Assembly: GCA_963832155.1 (NCBI GenBank)
Contig: CAWHTB010000002.1
Span: 1,024,908-1,088,907, forward strand
Direction: 5' to 3'
DNA: 64,000 nucleotides
Origin: an uncultured Actinomycetes bacterium
GTDB taxonomy: Bacteria > Actinomycetota > Thermoleophilia > Solirubrobacterales > 70-9
Part shown: positions 1 through 9,087 of the stretch, piece after piece
Numbering within the stretch: position 1 is the first letter of the stretch
How the letters are laid out: every line of letters starts with the position of its first letter
Notes under the pieces: model-generated
What the model was told of the DNA's origin: nothing
Database searches by the model: none
The model's input: only the letters and a program-made list of their open reading frames with translations
Made by a program: the position numbers and the translations under genes

Positions 1-28
1 CCGTGCCTGTGATAATTGGCGTCTTCCT

Positions 29-1279
29 ATGGGCAAAGTCGTCGATATCGAGTCGAAACCGCGCCGCAAAGCGCGCAGCCGCAAAAAGCCTTCGAAAACG
101 GCTCTGGTACTCGGCGGCGGCGGCTTCACCGGCGGGGTCTATGAGATCGGCGCCCTGCGCGCCCTCGACCTGCTCGCCGTCAACAGCACCGTCAACAACT
201 TCGACGTCTACGTCGGCACCAGCGCCGGCTCCTTCGTCGCCGGGATGCTCGCCAACGGCGTCACCCCCGACGAGATGATGCAGGTGCTCAACTCGCGGGT
301 CCCATCCGAGCTCGAAGACCTCGATCTGAGCAAGGTCCTCAAACCCAACTACCTCGGCTTTCTCTCCAAGGCGGCGGCGCTGCCGCTGCGGACGGCGGAG
401 CTGGTCCGTTCGCTGGCGCGGATCGGCGAGCTCTCGGCGATCGACATCGGCGTCGGTCTCGCCGAGGCGCTCCCCACCGGCCTCTACTCGGGCGCCGGCC
501 TCGGTGACTACGTCGAGGGGGTGCTCTCCGAGGGCAACCGGGTCAACGACTTCCGCCTGCTCGACCGCGAGCTCTACCTCACCGCCACCGACCTCGACAC
601 CTGCGAGCGGATCGTCTTCGGCGAGGAGAAGTGGGACGACGTGCCGATCTCGAAGGCGATCGAGTGCTCGACCTGCCTGCCGATCGTCTACAAGCCGGTC
701 GAGCTAAAGGGCCGGCAGATGGTCGACGGCGGCATCCGGTCGACCACCAACGTTGACGTCGCCGTCGAAAAGGGCGCCAAGTTCATCGTCGTCGTCAACC
801 CGCTGGTGCCCTACGTCAACGACTTCGAGAAGACAATTCCCACCGTCTTCGGCCGGCGCGTGCGCAGGGTATCCGACATGGGCCTGCCGGCGATCGCCAA
901 CCAGACCTTCCGCCTGATCGCCCACCAGCGCCTGCACCAGGCGGTCCAGCACTGGCAGGAACGCTACCCCGGCGTCGACATCATCCTGGTCGAGCCCGAG
1001 CCCACCGACGAGCTGATGTTCGGCACGCCGATCATGGACTACTCGCAGCGGCTGAAAATCGCCCGCCACGGCTTCGAATCGGTCACCGCCACCCTGGCCA
1101 AGGACTACGACCGCTACCAGGAGATCGCCGGCCGCCACGGCCTCGAGATCTCCGAGCGCCGCGTCCGCCGCGTAGTCGAGCGGGCCGCCGAAGAGGAGCC
1201 CGAGCAAATCTCCGCCTGGCGACGGGTTCTAGAGCAGACGACCTCGGTATTGCTGCGGCAGTCTGGCGAGGCTTCCTGA
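29..1279 (+). CDS. patatin-like phospholipase family protein
   Basis: 416-aa ORF with GGGGFTG oxyanion motif, GTSAGS nucleophile elbow and DGG catalytic-Asp motif in canonical order. Confidence 0.85.
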   Translation: MGKVVDIESKPRRKARSRKKPSKTALVLGGGGFTGGVYEIGALRALDLLAVNSTVNNFDVYVGTSAGSFVAGMLANGVTPDEMMQVLNSRVPSELEDLDLSKVLKPNYLGFLSKAAALPLRTAELVRSLARIGELSAIDIGVGLAEALPTGLYSGAGLGDYVEGVLSEGNRVNDFRLLDRELYLTATDLDTCERIVFGEEKWDDVPISKAIECSTCLPIVYKPVELKGRQMVDGGIRSTTNVDVAVEKGAKFIVVVNPLVPYVNDFEKTIPTVFGRRVRRVSDMGLPAIANQTFRLIAHQRLHQAVQHWQERYPGVDIILVEPEPTDELMFGTPIMDYSQRLKIARHGFESVTATLAKDYDRYQEIAGRHGLEISERRVRRVVERAAEEEPEQISAWRRVLEQTTSVLLRQSGEAS

Positions 1280-1609
1280 GCTCACACGCATGGGCTACTT
1301 GCTGAAGACGAACTTCTGGAGCAATGCCAAGATGATTAGAGCTTGAATTGCGAGCGCGACTTCCATTCTCTGCTCCCCTAGCGGCGATTAGGCCCCGAGT
1401 GGTTCAGTTCTAGCTGCAGGGAAGGACCACATTGCAATCCCCCGGTCGGCTGAACGGCGAACCCTTGCGGTCCCAGGACGTAACCACAGCCCATACGGCT
1501 CGTCAACTAGGCGTAGCGTCGTCGACGGGAAAACGTCTTTGAAGACACTATATACGGCGTACTGGTAGGCGTTGGCAGAGTAGAACCCCAGATATAGGGT
1601 CCAGGAAGA

Positions 1610-2686
1610 ATGCATTGTCCACGCTGCTTTGTTGACGATGGCAAGCAGAGTCGAACCGAAGTCCGAGAGACTCGGCCCGAGCGCTCAAACGAGCGGAATC
1701 TGGGGGTTCGGCGGCGCCGTCAATGCACGATCTGTGGGCACCGTTTCACGACTATCGAGCGGCCCAAGGCCGCCACGGTCCGTACTGGCGATGGGAAAAC
1801 TGAGGCCTTTGACGAGGACCGGCTGTTCCGGAGCCTGCAGCGTTCAACTGCAGGCGCTGACCTAGAGGACCGCAAAATTCGTGAAGTTGCCGCACAGGTG
1901 CGAAGGGTCGTCGAGAGGCACCGAGGTTGTGTGACGCCTGGGAATCTCGCCCAGCTGTCACTGGAAGAGTTGGGCTGGAGAACCCATGCTCGAGCGCTGT
2001 ATCGGGAACGGACCCCCAGTCTGGCAGATGAGGAGTACACCGCTGTTGGCCTGGTCAAGAAGCGTTTGCCGCGGAATGGTTTGGTCGTGCGAACAGACGA
2101 ACAGCGGTTTGAACCGTTCGATCGCCGGAAACTCCTCACCTCCCTGAGGCTTATTGTTCATCGCCGGGTCAAGGAGGACGCCATAGTGCAGCTCGTAGAT
2201 ACCATCGAGCGCCGGGCTGCAAAAGCCGATGGGCCGATCTCGACCGAAGCGATTCGAAGCTGGGTAGCCGACGGCCTGAGACCGCTGGATCCCTTCGCGT
2301 ACTTGCAAGCCCTCGCGACCGCTCCGGACGCAGACCTCAATGCACTGAGAAGGTTGGCTGGGGAAATTCAGCATGGTCTGGTGTGGAGCCGCGCATTGAG
2401 GCAGTCTGAGCAATTTTCGCGGGACAAGCTGATCGCAAGAATCAAGCGGGCCACGGCCAGCCGAGATGCAATCTCCGACAGCGACATCGAGAACTTTGCG
2501 GCTGAGGTTGGACAGAGGGTGCGTGCGAGAGTGGAGCCGGTGGAGAGCGGTCAGATTGGGCAGTGGGTGCTTGCCTGGCTGAGGCAGCGCGACCCGGTCG
2601 CATTCATCAGCCTTCAACTCGACTTTCAACCGCCCGATAGCCCGGGTGATCTGGTACAGGCGCTTCGGGACGACCGAATTGGGTGA
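1610..2686 (+). CDS. NrdR-like zinc-ribbon protein with three ATP-cone-like modules
   Basis: N-terminus MHCPRC...RRRRQCTICGHRFTTIE (CxxC...CxxC, NrdR signature). Three segments follow with the ATP-cone opening pattern (VRTGDGKTEAFDEDRLFRSL; VVRTDEQRFEPFDRRKLLTSL; VWSRALRQSEQFSRDKLIARI). Codon usage is richer in A/T-ending codons than in neighbours. Confidence 0.7.
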   Translation: MHCPRCFVDDGKQSRTEVRETRPERSNERNLGVRRRRQCTICGHRFTTIERPKAATVRTGDGKTEAFDEDRLFRSLQRSTAGADLEDRKIREVAAQVRRVVERHRGCVTPGNLAQLSLEELGWRTHARALYRERTPSLADEEYTAVGLVKKRLPRNGLVVRTDEQRFEPFDRRKLLTSLRLIVHRRVKEDAIVQLVDTIERRAAKADGPISTEAIRSWVADGLRPLDPFAYLQALATAPDADLNALRRLAGEIQHGLVWSRALRQSEQFSRDKLIARIKRATASRDAISDSDIENFAAEVGQRVRARVEPVESGQIGQWVLAWLRQRDPVAFISLQLDFQPPDSPGDLVQALRDDRIG

Positions 2687-2729
2687 TGGTGTGCGCTAGG
2701 CGTCTGGCCCCACCCTCATTGGAAGAACC

Positions 2730-4514
2730 TTAAGCCGCGTAAAGCTTGTCGATCTCGTCCTCGTGCTTGGCCGTGACCACGGCGCGCTTGACCTTCAGCG
2801 TCGGCGTCAGCTCGCCGGACTCTTGTGAGAGGTCGTGGGGGAGGATGGCGATCTTCTTCACCTGCTCGACGCGGGCGAATTTCTCGTTGATCTTCTCGAC
2901 GTGGGCCTCGATCGCGGCGCGGATGTCGGCGTTGCGGGCCAGCTCGGCCGGGTCTTCTGAGAGGCCGTTCTCTTTCGCGTAGCCGGCCGCCTCTTCGGGG
3001 TCGAGGGTGACCAGGGCGACCAGGTAGGGCCGGCGGTCGCCGACGACCACGCACTGGGAGACCAGCGGCTGCTGCTTGATCTCGGCCTCGAGGTTGGCCG
3101 GGGTGATGTTCTTGCCTCCGGCGGTGATGATGATGTCCTTTTTGCGGCCGGTGATCTTGATGAAGCCCTCGGAGTCGATCTCGCCGATGTCGCCGGTGTG
3201 CAGCCAGCCGTCGACGATCGTCTCCCGAGTCGCCTCCTCGTTCTTGTGGTAGCCCTGGAAGACGTTCGGCCCCTTGACCAGGATCTCGCCGTCATCGGCG
3301 ATCCGGACCTCGCAGCCGTGGAACGGTTTGCCGATCGTGCCGACCTTGAAGTCATCGGGCTGGGAGATCGTCGCCGCGGTCGAGGTCTCGGTCATTCCCC
3401 AGCCCTCGAGCACCAGCACCCCGGCGGCGTCGAAGAAGCGGAGGATGTCCGGGTTGATCGGCGCCGCGCCGGAAACGGCGAGGCGGATGTTGCCGCCGAA
3501 GAGGTTGCGGATTTTCGAGAGCACCTGCTTGTCGGCAAACGCGTATTTGCGCTTCAGCAGCGGCCCGGGCTGCCGTCCTTCGCGCTCCATCTGGCGCACC
3601 TTGGCGCCGACGTCGATCGCCCAATCGAAGATCCGCTTTTTCAGCCCACCCTCTTTTTCGATTGCGCTAGTCGCGGCGGTGTAGATCTTCTCGAAGATCC
3701 GCGGCACGGACGGGAAGTAGGACGGTTTCAGTTCGGCCAGGTTGACCATGATCTTCAGTGGGTCGCGCTCCCAGTAGGCGATCGTCGTGCCGAGGTCGAA
3801 GCTGCCGAGCTGGATCAGCAGGGCGAAGGAGTGGGCGAGTGGGAGGTACAGGTAGGTGACGTCCCCCTCTTCGATCACGCTGGTCTCGTTGACCATGTCG
3901 AGCATCGCCCGGTAGTTGCCGTGGCTGATGACGCAGCCCTTCGGCGGCCCGGTGGTGCCGGAGGTGTAGATGAAGGTGCAGATGTCGGCCGGCGTCACCG
4001 CCGAGTAGAGGGCCTGCCAACGGGAGGCGTCCACAGCCTCGCCTTTGGCGCTCAGGTCCGCCATCGAGATCGCGTCCTCGGCGCTGCCGTCCATCAGCAC
4101 GATCTGCTCCAGCTGCGGCAGCTGGTCCCGCACCTCACGGACCTTGGCCAGTTGTTCCTCGTCCTCGACGACGACGATCTTGGAGTCGGAGTTCTCCAGC
4201 ACGTAGCGGCACTCGTCAGGCGAGTTGGTCTGGTAGATCGGGACCACGGTGGCACCGATCGAGAGCGCGGCGTAATCGAAGTACGTCCACTCGGGGCGCG
4301 TGTTGCCGAGGATCGAGACGCGATCGCCTTTCTGGACTCCCAGCTCGGCTAGCCCGAGCGCCAGCGGCCGGACGATCCCGACGACCTCGGTGAAGCTACG
4401 GTCGACCCACTTCTCGCCGTCCTTGTAGCGGACCGCCGTGTTGTCCCCGTACATCTCGGCGGAACGCGGCAGCAGATCAGCGAGCGTCTGGGATTTGGTT
4501 CCCCTCCCCGGCAT
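2730..4514 (-). CDS. long-chain fatty acid--CoA ligase (AMP-dependent synthetase)
   Basis: 594-aa ORF with AMP-binding motif IYTSGTTGPPKG and later TGDIGEID / GRKKD motifs typical of FadD-type ligases. Confidence 0.9.
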   Translation of the reverse strand: MPGRGTKSQTLADLLPRSAEMYGDNTAVRYKDGEKWVDRSFTEVVGIVRPLALGLAELGVQKGDRVSILGNTRPEWTYFDYAALSIGATVVPIYQTNSPDECRYVLENSDSKIVVVEDEEQLAKVREVRDQLPQLEQIVLMDGSAEDAISMADLSAKGEAVDASRWQALYSAVTPADICTFIYTSGTTGPPKGCVISHGNYRAMLDMVNETSVIEEGDVTYLYLPLAHSFALLIQLGSFDLGTTIAYWERDPLKIMVNLAELKPSYFPSVPRIFEKIYTAATSAIEKEGGLKKRIFDWAIDVGAKVRQMEREGRQPGPLLKRKYAFADKQVLSKIRNLFGGNIRLAVSGAAPINPDILRFFDAAGVLVLEGWGMTETSTAATISQPDDFKVGTIGKPFHGCEVRIADDGEILVKGPNVFQGYHKNEEATRETIVDGWLHTGDIGEIDSEGFIKITGRKKDIIITAGGKNITPANLEAEIKQQPLVSQCVVVGDRRPYLVALVTLDPEEAAGYAKENGLSEDPAELARNADIRAAIEAHVEKINEKFARVEQVKKIAILPHDLSQESGELTPTLKVKRAVVTAKHEDEIDKLYAA

Positions 4515-4529
4515 CTGCGGCAGTTTAGT

Positions 4530-4721
4530 TCAGCTTTGCCCCCGATAGCTAGGAGAAGTCGACGGATGGGCCCCGGCGTTGCGCAGCGAGATCTCGAACA
4601 GGGTCCGGTCGATGCGGCCGTGGTAGATCGGGACCCCCATCTGGATGCACTTTCCGATCACCTCCTGCCGCTTCATATGGAGCTGGTCGGCAAGCTCGCT
4701 CGGCGTCAGGTGATGGGCCAT
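4530..4721 (-). CDS. small helix-turn-helix DNA-binding protein (excisionase/MerR-superfamily-like)
   Basis: 63-aa ORF 15 bp upstream of the ligase gene; TPSELADQLHMKRQEVIGKCIQMGVPIYHGRIDRTLF resembles the excisionase-type HTH. Confidence 0.55.
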   Translation of the reverse strand: MAHHLTPSELADQLHMKRQEVIGKCIQMGVPIYHGRIDRTLFEISLRNAGAHPSTSPSYRGQS

Positions 4722-4845
4722 GGAGGACCTCCCGTGTTGTGGAAAAGTGGGGTACCCAATACTCGTTCCCGGTAGGCGGCGTTGTCAATCTCCGTGGCCG
4801 CACGTTGCGGCGTCCCCAGGTGGCCAGTCGGGATAATGAGCGTCG

Positions 4846-5571
4846 ATGAGCGAAGCGGCGGTGAAAGCGATGCCCAGGCGCGGGCGGGTCTGGGTGGCGG
4901 GGATCCTCGCCCTCGGGCTGATCGTGCTCGGCTACACCCTGGTGGAGGTCGCGACCCAGGAGGCCGGCCGCCAGGTCGTCCGCGTGGCCGGCATCTCCGA
5001 CGCCCAGGAACTGTTCGGCGGCGTGCCGCAGGAAGGCGACCGACTCGGCTCCGCCGATGCCCCGGTCTCGATTCAGGTCTTCAACGATCTCCAGTGCTCC
5101 GGCTGCCGCGACGACTTTCTCAGCACGATTCCGGCGCTGGCCGAGCGCTACGCGCGCCCCGGTGACGCGAAGCTCCTCTACTACCACTACTCGAACAGCC
5201 AGCGCGTGCAGCAGGAGGGATTCTTCGGCGCCGAGGCGGCGGCGGACCAGAACTACGCCTGGCAGTACATCTATCTCTTCTTCCGCAACCAGGAGGAAGC
5301 CGAGCGGTTTGGCGTCGACCAGGACTTCCTCGCTTCGATTGCTACCGGCGTGGAGGAGCTGGACGGCGCAGAATGGAAGGCCGACCTCGAACGGAACGAT
5401 GGCCCCGACGGTGTGATCGCCAAACGGCTCGAAGCCGACGAGGAGCTCGGCCGCGGCCTCGGCATCCGCACCGGGCAGGGGATGATCGTCAATGGCCCGA
5501 ACGGGACCGAGACCCTCCAGGAGGGCCCCACGCTGGCCGAAGTCGAGGCGGCGATCGCGGCGGTCGAATAG
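4846..5571 (+). CDS. DsbA-family thiol:disulfide oxidoreductase, membrane-anchored
   Basis: N-terminal hydrophobic helix (VWVAGILALGLIVLGY); thioredoxin-fold CSGC active-site motif in FNDLQCSGCRDDF. Confidence 0.75.
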   Translation: MSEAAVKAMPRRGRVWVAGILALGLIVLGYTLVEVATQEAGRQVVRVAGISDAQELFGGVPQEGDRLGSADAPVSIQVFNDLQCSGCRDDFLSTIPALAERYARPGDAKLLYYHYSNSQRVQQEGFFGAEAAADQNYAWQYIYLFFRNQEEAERFGVDQDFLASIATGVEELDGAEWKADLERNDGPDGVIAKRLEADEELGRGLGIRTGQGMIVNGPNGTETLQEGPTLAEVEAAIAAVE

Positions 5572-5575
5572 CCGC

Positions 5576-6505
5576 TCAGGCTGCGGGCCGAAGCCGTCGC
5601 CCTCGCCTGTCGATCACCGCCCCCCACTGCGAGTCGTCGATCCGGGCCGGGGAGGTGGTGGCGAGGAAGTCCTGCAGCACGCCGCCGAGCCCGTCCGGGT
5701 CTTCGAGGTTGGGGAAGTGGGCGGCGCGCGGGAGCACCTCAAAGCGGCAGTTTGGGATCGCCTGCTGTGCCTGCAGCCCGTGGGCGAGCGGGATCGTCCG
5801 GTCGCGCTCGCCCCACACGATCAGGGTCGGCATGTCGCCGAGCAGGTAGAGGCGGTCCCGGGCGCTGACCCGCTGGCCACGGGCATCGATCACCGAGCGC
5901 AGGGTCTCCAGGAAGGCTCGCCGCGAGCCGGGCGCCTGCAGCGGCGCCAGCGCTCGCGCCACCGCCTGCAGGTAGACGCCGGTCGAGCTGCCGCGGCTGC
6001 GAAGGCCGGCGCCGGTGGCGACCAGGGCGCGGAGGGCCCCCGGGTGGGCCACCAGCCGCAGCAGCGCGGCCGAGCCGGGGAGGGTGGCGGCGCGCAGGAG
6101 CGGGCTGACCTCGTCGCCAAGGCCGCCGCTGGAGATCAGTACAAGGCGCTCGGTGCGTTGGGGGAACTGGTAGAAGAACTGCATCGCGACCCCGCCGCCG
6201 AGCGAGTGGCCGACGAGCGTCGCCCGCTCGACCCCGATCGCCGTGAGCAGGTCGCGGATGCTCGCCGCGTGGGCGCCGAGCGAGTAGTCGCCCCGGGGCG
6301 TGGCGGAGTCGCCGTGGCCGATCAGGTCCGGCGCGATCACCCGGTGGCTGTCGGCGAGGCGGGTCGCAACTGCCTCCCAGTGTCGGGAGGAGTTGACCAT
6401 CCCGTGGACCAGGACGACGGTCGGGCCGCTGCCGGCCACCCGGTAGACCGCCCGGTGGCCGTGCAGCTCGACCTCATGTGCAGCGAAGGCGCCGCCAGGG
6501 TCCAT
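5576..6505 (-). CDS. alpha/beta hydrolase
   Basis: 309 aa; HG oxyanion motif (VVLVHGM) and nucleophile elbow GHSLGG. Confidence 0.85.
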   Translation of the reverse strand: MDPGGAFAAHEVELHGHRAVYRVAGSGPTVVLVHGMVNSSRHWEAVATRLADSHRVIAPDLIGHGDSATPRGDYSLGAHAASIRDLLTAIGVERATLVGHSLGGGVAMQFFYQFPQRTERLVLISSGGLGDEVSPLLRAATLPGSAALLRLVAHPGALRALVATGAGLRSRGSSTGVYLQAVARALAPLQAPGSRRAFLETLRSVIDARGQRVSARDRLYLLGDMPTLIVWGERDRTIPLAHGLQAQQAIPNCRFEVLPRAAHFPNLEDPDGLGGVLQDFLATTSPARIDDSQWGAVIDRRGRRLRPAA

Positions 6506-6531
6506 GTCGAGACCCTAGCGGCGCGTGGCGG

Positions 6532-7194
6532 TCAGCCTTCCCAGACGACCGGTTCGTCGTAGTAGGGGGTGAGGTCCGATCCGTCGGTCGGCCCGGTGCC
6601 CCACTCGACCTTTTCGATCGAGCCGCCGCCCGGGACCAGGTAGGCGAGGCACCCTTCGAAGCTCTCGCCACTGGTGAACGGCCGCGGCATGTCGGTGTTT
6701 TCGCAGCGCTCGAAGTCGCCGATGAAGGTGACGTTGGACTGTTCCTGCCCGCGGTCGTCGATGGCGTCGAAGGCGATGTACGGTTCTTCATCCGGCGGCG
6801 GTTCGGTGCCGGAAAGCGCCTCGACCTTGAACTTCACGTAATAGGGGGTCGATTCCTCTTCTTCGGGTTCCAGTTCGATGTTGGCGAAGTCGTCGATCGA
6901 GCCTTTTTCGATTGCCTCGACCGTGACTTCGACGTCGATTCCCTCCTCCGGTTCAGTGGCGCTTTCTTCGCTGAACGGGACCCAGGCCAGGGTCGCTTCT
7001 TCGCCGACTTTGAGCTGCGTGCCGGGGGGCGTCAGCGCGCCACCCTGGCTGTTCGACGAGTCCGGGGTCTCGGCGGTCGTGGGCGTGGACGAGGTCTCCG
7101 ACGAGCTGTCGTCGGAGCCGCCGCAGGCGGCGAGTCCAAGGACGAGAGCAAGAGACGCCGCTGCGATCAGCGCGGCGATCCGGCTTGACTTCAT
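6532..7194 (-). CDS. lipoprotein of unknown function
   Basis: Signal peptide with lipobox LGLAAC-GGSD, followed by a Ser/Thr/Glu-rich linker; high GC3 coding frame. Confidence 0.7.
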   Translation of the reverse strand: MKSSRIAALIAAASLALVLGLAACGGSDDSSSETSSTPTTAETPDSSNSQGGALTPPGTQLKVGEEATLAWVPFSEESATEPEEGIDVEVTVEAIEKGSIDDFANIELEPEEEESTPYYVKFKVEALSGTEPPPDEEPYIAFDAIDDRGQEQSNVTFIGDFERCENTDMPRPFTSGESFEGCLAYLVPGGGSIEKVEWGTGPTDGSDLTPYYDEPVVWEG

Positions 7195-7305
7195 GCGTGC
7201 TTCTCCTAGCCGCCCGGACCGCGGGGGGACCGGGCACGTTTCTTTACAGCCGGCGGGCGCCGGGAGGGGCGCGGGACGCTACCAGACGGGGTCAACAGAC
7301 ATCCG

Positions 7306-7926
7306 ATGATTCAGGCCCAGGCGGTAGCCTCCACCGCCGTGTTCGATCCCCTTGCCGTCGCCTCCTCCAGCCTCATCCAGGTGGTCGGAGTGACCCGCGT
7401 CTACTGCTCCGAGTGCGATCCGGAACTGCCCTTCTGGCAGGAGGCGCTGCTCGCTTCGCTCGCCATCGCGATCGCGTCCGGGATCCTCTACCTGATCTTC
7501 CGGGTTGGACCGATCAGCCGGCGCATGCGCAACCTCCGGCTGGGGACCTGCTTCCTCTCGGTGCAGCGGGGCTGGGAGAAGGAAGATCCCGCCCAGTTCG
7601 CCCCTTTCGTCACCTACGAGCTCGGCGAACGGTTGCGTCGCCAGCTGGCGGAAATAGCCGCCGACGGCCGGGTGATCCACCACGAACGGCCCCGCCTCCG
7701 GAAGGTCCGCGTCGTCAGCGGCGGCGGGAAAAAGGACGACGAATGCGTCGCCAGGATCGAGTCCTCGGTCCGCCACTGGCTGGCCGACGCAACCAGCGGC
7801 GAGCTGGTCGGCGGCAGCAAAGAGGTCTCCCGTGACGAATCGCACTGGCGCTTCATCCGCGACCCCGCCACCGACTGGCTCGCCGCGGAGATCGGCGTGA
7901 CCCCGCCCGCCGTCGGGGCTCGGTAG
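7306..7926 (+). CDS. hypothetical protein with one predicted TM helix
   Basis: Strong G/C third-position bias in this frame; hydrophobic stretch ALLASLAIAIASGILYLIF. The overlapping minus-strand ORF 7279..8031 is Arg/Pro/Gly-rich shadow. The true start may be internal. Confidence 0.5.
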   Translation: MIQAQAVASTAVFDPLAVASSSLIQVVGVTRVYCSECDPELPFWQEALLASLAIAIASGILYLIFRVGPISRRMRNLRLGTCFLSVQRGWEKEDPAQFAPFVTYELGERLRRQLAEIAADGRVIHHERPRLRKVRVVSGGGKKDDECVARIESSVRHWLADATSGELVGGSKEVSRDESHWRFIRDPATDWLAAEIGVTPPAVGAR

Positions 7927-7943
7927 GGGCCAGTCGAGGCAGG

Positions 7944-8324
7944 TTAGGACTGAGGGCGCTCGGCGGCGCGCTGGCGCGCTTCGGTCTTCTGCTCGAGCGT
8001 CATCGCACCGGGGTGGCCGTCGCCGGGCCACGGAGTGAGAATCAGCAGCAGACGGGCAGCCGACTTCGCGACGACCGTGTGGCGCTCGCCGGGGTCGAAC
8101 TCGAAGAGATGGCCGGCGCTCGCCGGCACGCTCTCCCCGTCGGGGGTGGTGACGTCGATGTCACCCTCGATGACGAGCAGCCGCGCCCGCTCGTGCACCT
8201 CGTGCTCCTGCAGTTCCTCCCCCGCCGGGAGGTGCAGCACGATCGTGCGTGCGTCCTCGGCCGAGGCGAGGATCTGCGGTTCGTGCGGCTCCGCCTCCAC
8301 GGTCTTCAGGTCCCAGCTCTGCAT
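7944..8324 (-). CDS. cupin domain protein
   Basis: Start set at internal ATG (MQSWDL), leaving a 26-bp gap to the upstream DedA gene; cupin-like HxH...E / GD...P.G..H pattern (LQEHEVHERARLLVIEGD...PGERHTV). Confidence 0.7.
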   Translation of the reverse strand: MQSWDLKTVEAEPHEPQILASAEDARTIVLHLPAGEELQEHEVHERARLLVIEGDIDVTTPDGESVPASAGHLFEFDPGERHTVVAKSAARLLLILTPWPGDGHPGAMTLEQKTEARQRAAERPQS

Positions 8325-8350
8325 CGTGGCCTCTTGTTTTATCAGGACCG

Positions 8351-8971
8351 CTAGGGCGCGATCCTGTCGCCGAAGATGTCTTTGCCTCGACGGCGCTGCA
8401 AGCGGCGCCATGCTTCGACTGAGAGCGTGACGAGGCCGGCGACGCCGAGCGCGATCAGCAGCGGCAGCCAGATGTTGTCTTCAAAGGTGGCGCCCCCCAG
8501 GTAGCCGAGCATCGAGATGTAGAAGGCCCACAGCACCGCGGCTACCGCATCGGCGAGGAGGAAGCGGCGGTAGGGCATCTTCAGCGTGCCGGCGGCGATC
8601 GTGGTCGCGGTGCGACCCGCGGGTATGAACCGGCCGATGGCGATCAGGGCGACCCCGCGTCTGTGGATCGCCGTTTTCGCCCACTCGAATCGCGCCCGCG
8701 CCTTCTCCCCCCGGAACAGGCGATTGGCGACCGGTTGTCCGACCTTGCGCCCGAGCCAGTAGGCGAGGTTGTCGGCAAGGAAGGCACCGAGCGCTGCCGC
8801 GGGCACGATCCCGGCGATCAGCAGCCCGCCGTCGGCGGCGATCACCGCGGCCGCGATCACGATCGTCTCCGACGGCACCAGGGGGAAGAAGACGTCGGTC
8901 GCCGCCGCGCCGAAAACCACCAGGTAAGTGATCGGGTTGTTCGAGACCTCACTCGTCAGCCACTCGAACAA
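8351..8971 (-). CDS. DedA family membrane protein
   Basis: 206 aa, multi-TM; DedA/SNARE-associated signature FFPLVPSETIVIAAAV and GRFIPAGRT. Confidence 0.85.
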   Translation of the reverse strand: MFEWLTSEVSNNPITYLVVFGAAATDVFFPLVPSETIVIAAAVIAADGGLLIAGIVPAAALGAFLADNLAYWLGRKVGQPVANRLFRGEKARARFEWAKTAIHRRGVALIAIGRFIPAGRTATTIAAGTLKMPYRRFLLADAVAAVLWAFYISMLGYLGGATFEDNIWLPLLIALGVAGLVTLSVEAWRRLQRRRGKDIFGDRIAP

Positions 8972-9087
8972 GACCGGCCTCCGCGGATGTCGGGCAGGGG
9001 GGAGATGCCCACCCAGGTACCCGCTTCGGGCGCAAAGCTGCGCAGGACGTCTAGATGCTCATGGGAACGCGCACTGGAGTGCTACTG

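Noticed and set aside
3-278. 5'-truncated 91-aa ORF at the window start
   Set aside because: It overlaps the patatin gene in another frame. The sequence is Ala/Ser/Pro low-complexity, and the patatin frame has the catalytic motifs.
29-1279. Patatin-like phospholipase as a CBASS (CapV-like) effector
   Set aside because: No cyclase/nucleotidyltransferase partner is visible downstream, and the upstream side is outside the window. The protein has a long basic N-terminal extension and a C-terminal domain more typical of housekeeping actinobacterial patatins. This cannot be supported from the window.
1390-1609. Possible cobalamin riboswitch upstream of the NrdR-like gene (AGGGAAG...TTGCAATCCCC elements)
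   Set aside because: There is only loose resemblance to the conserved GGGAA / GGTG-AATCC region. No convincing B12 box or the expected paired elements could be traced by eye. This would need a covariance-model search (Rfam RF00174) to revisit.
7279-8031. 250-aa minus-strand ORF competing with 7306..7926 (+)
   Set aside because: The plus frame shows strong G/C third-position bias and a TM helix. The minus frame is Arg/Pro/Gly/Asp-rich and would overlap the cupin gene.
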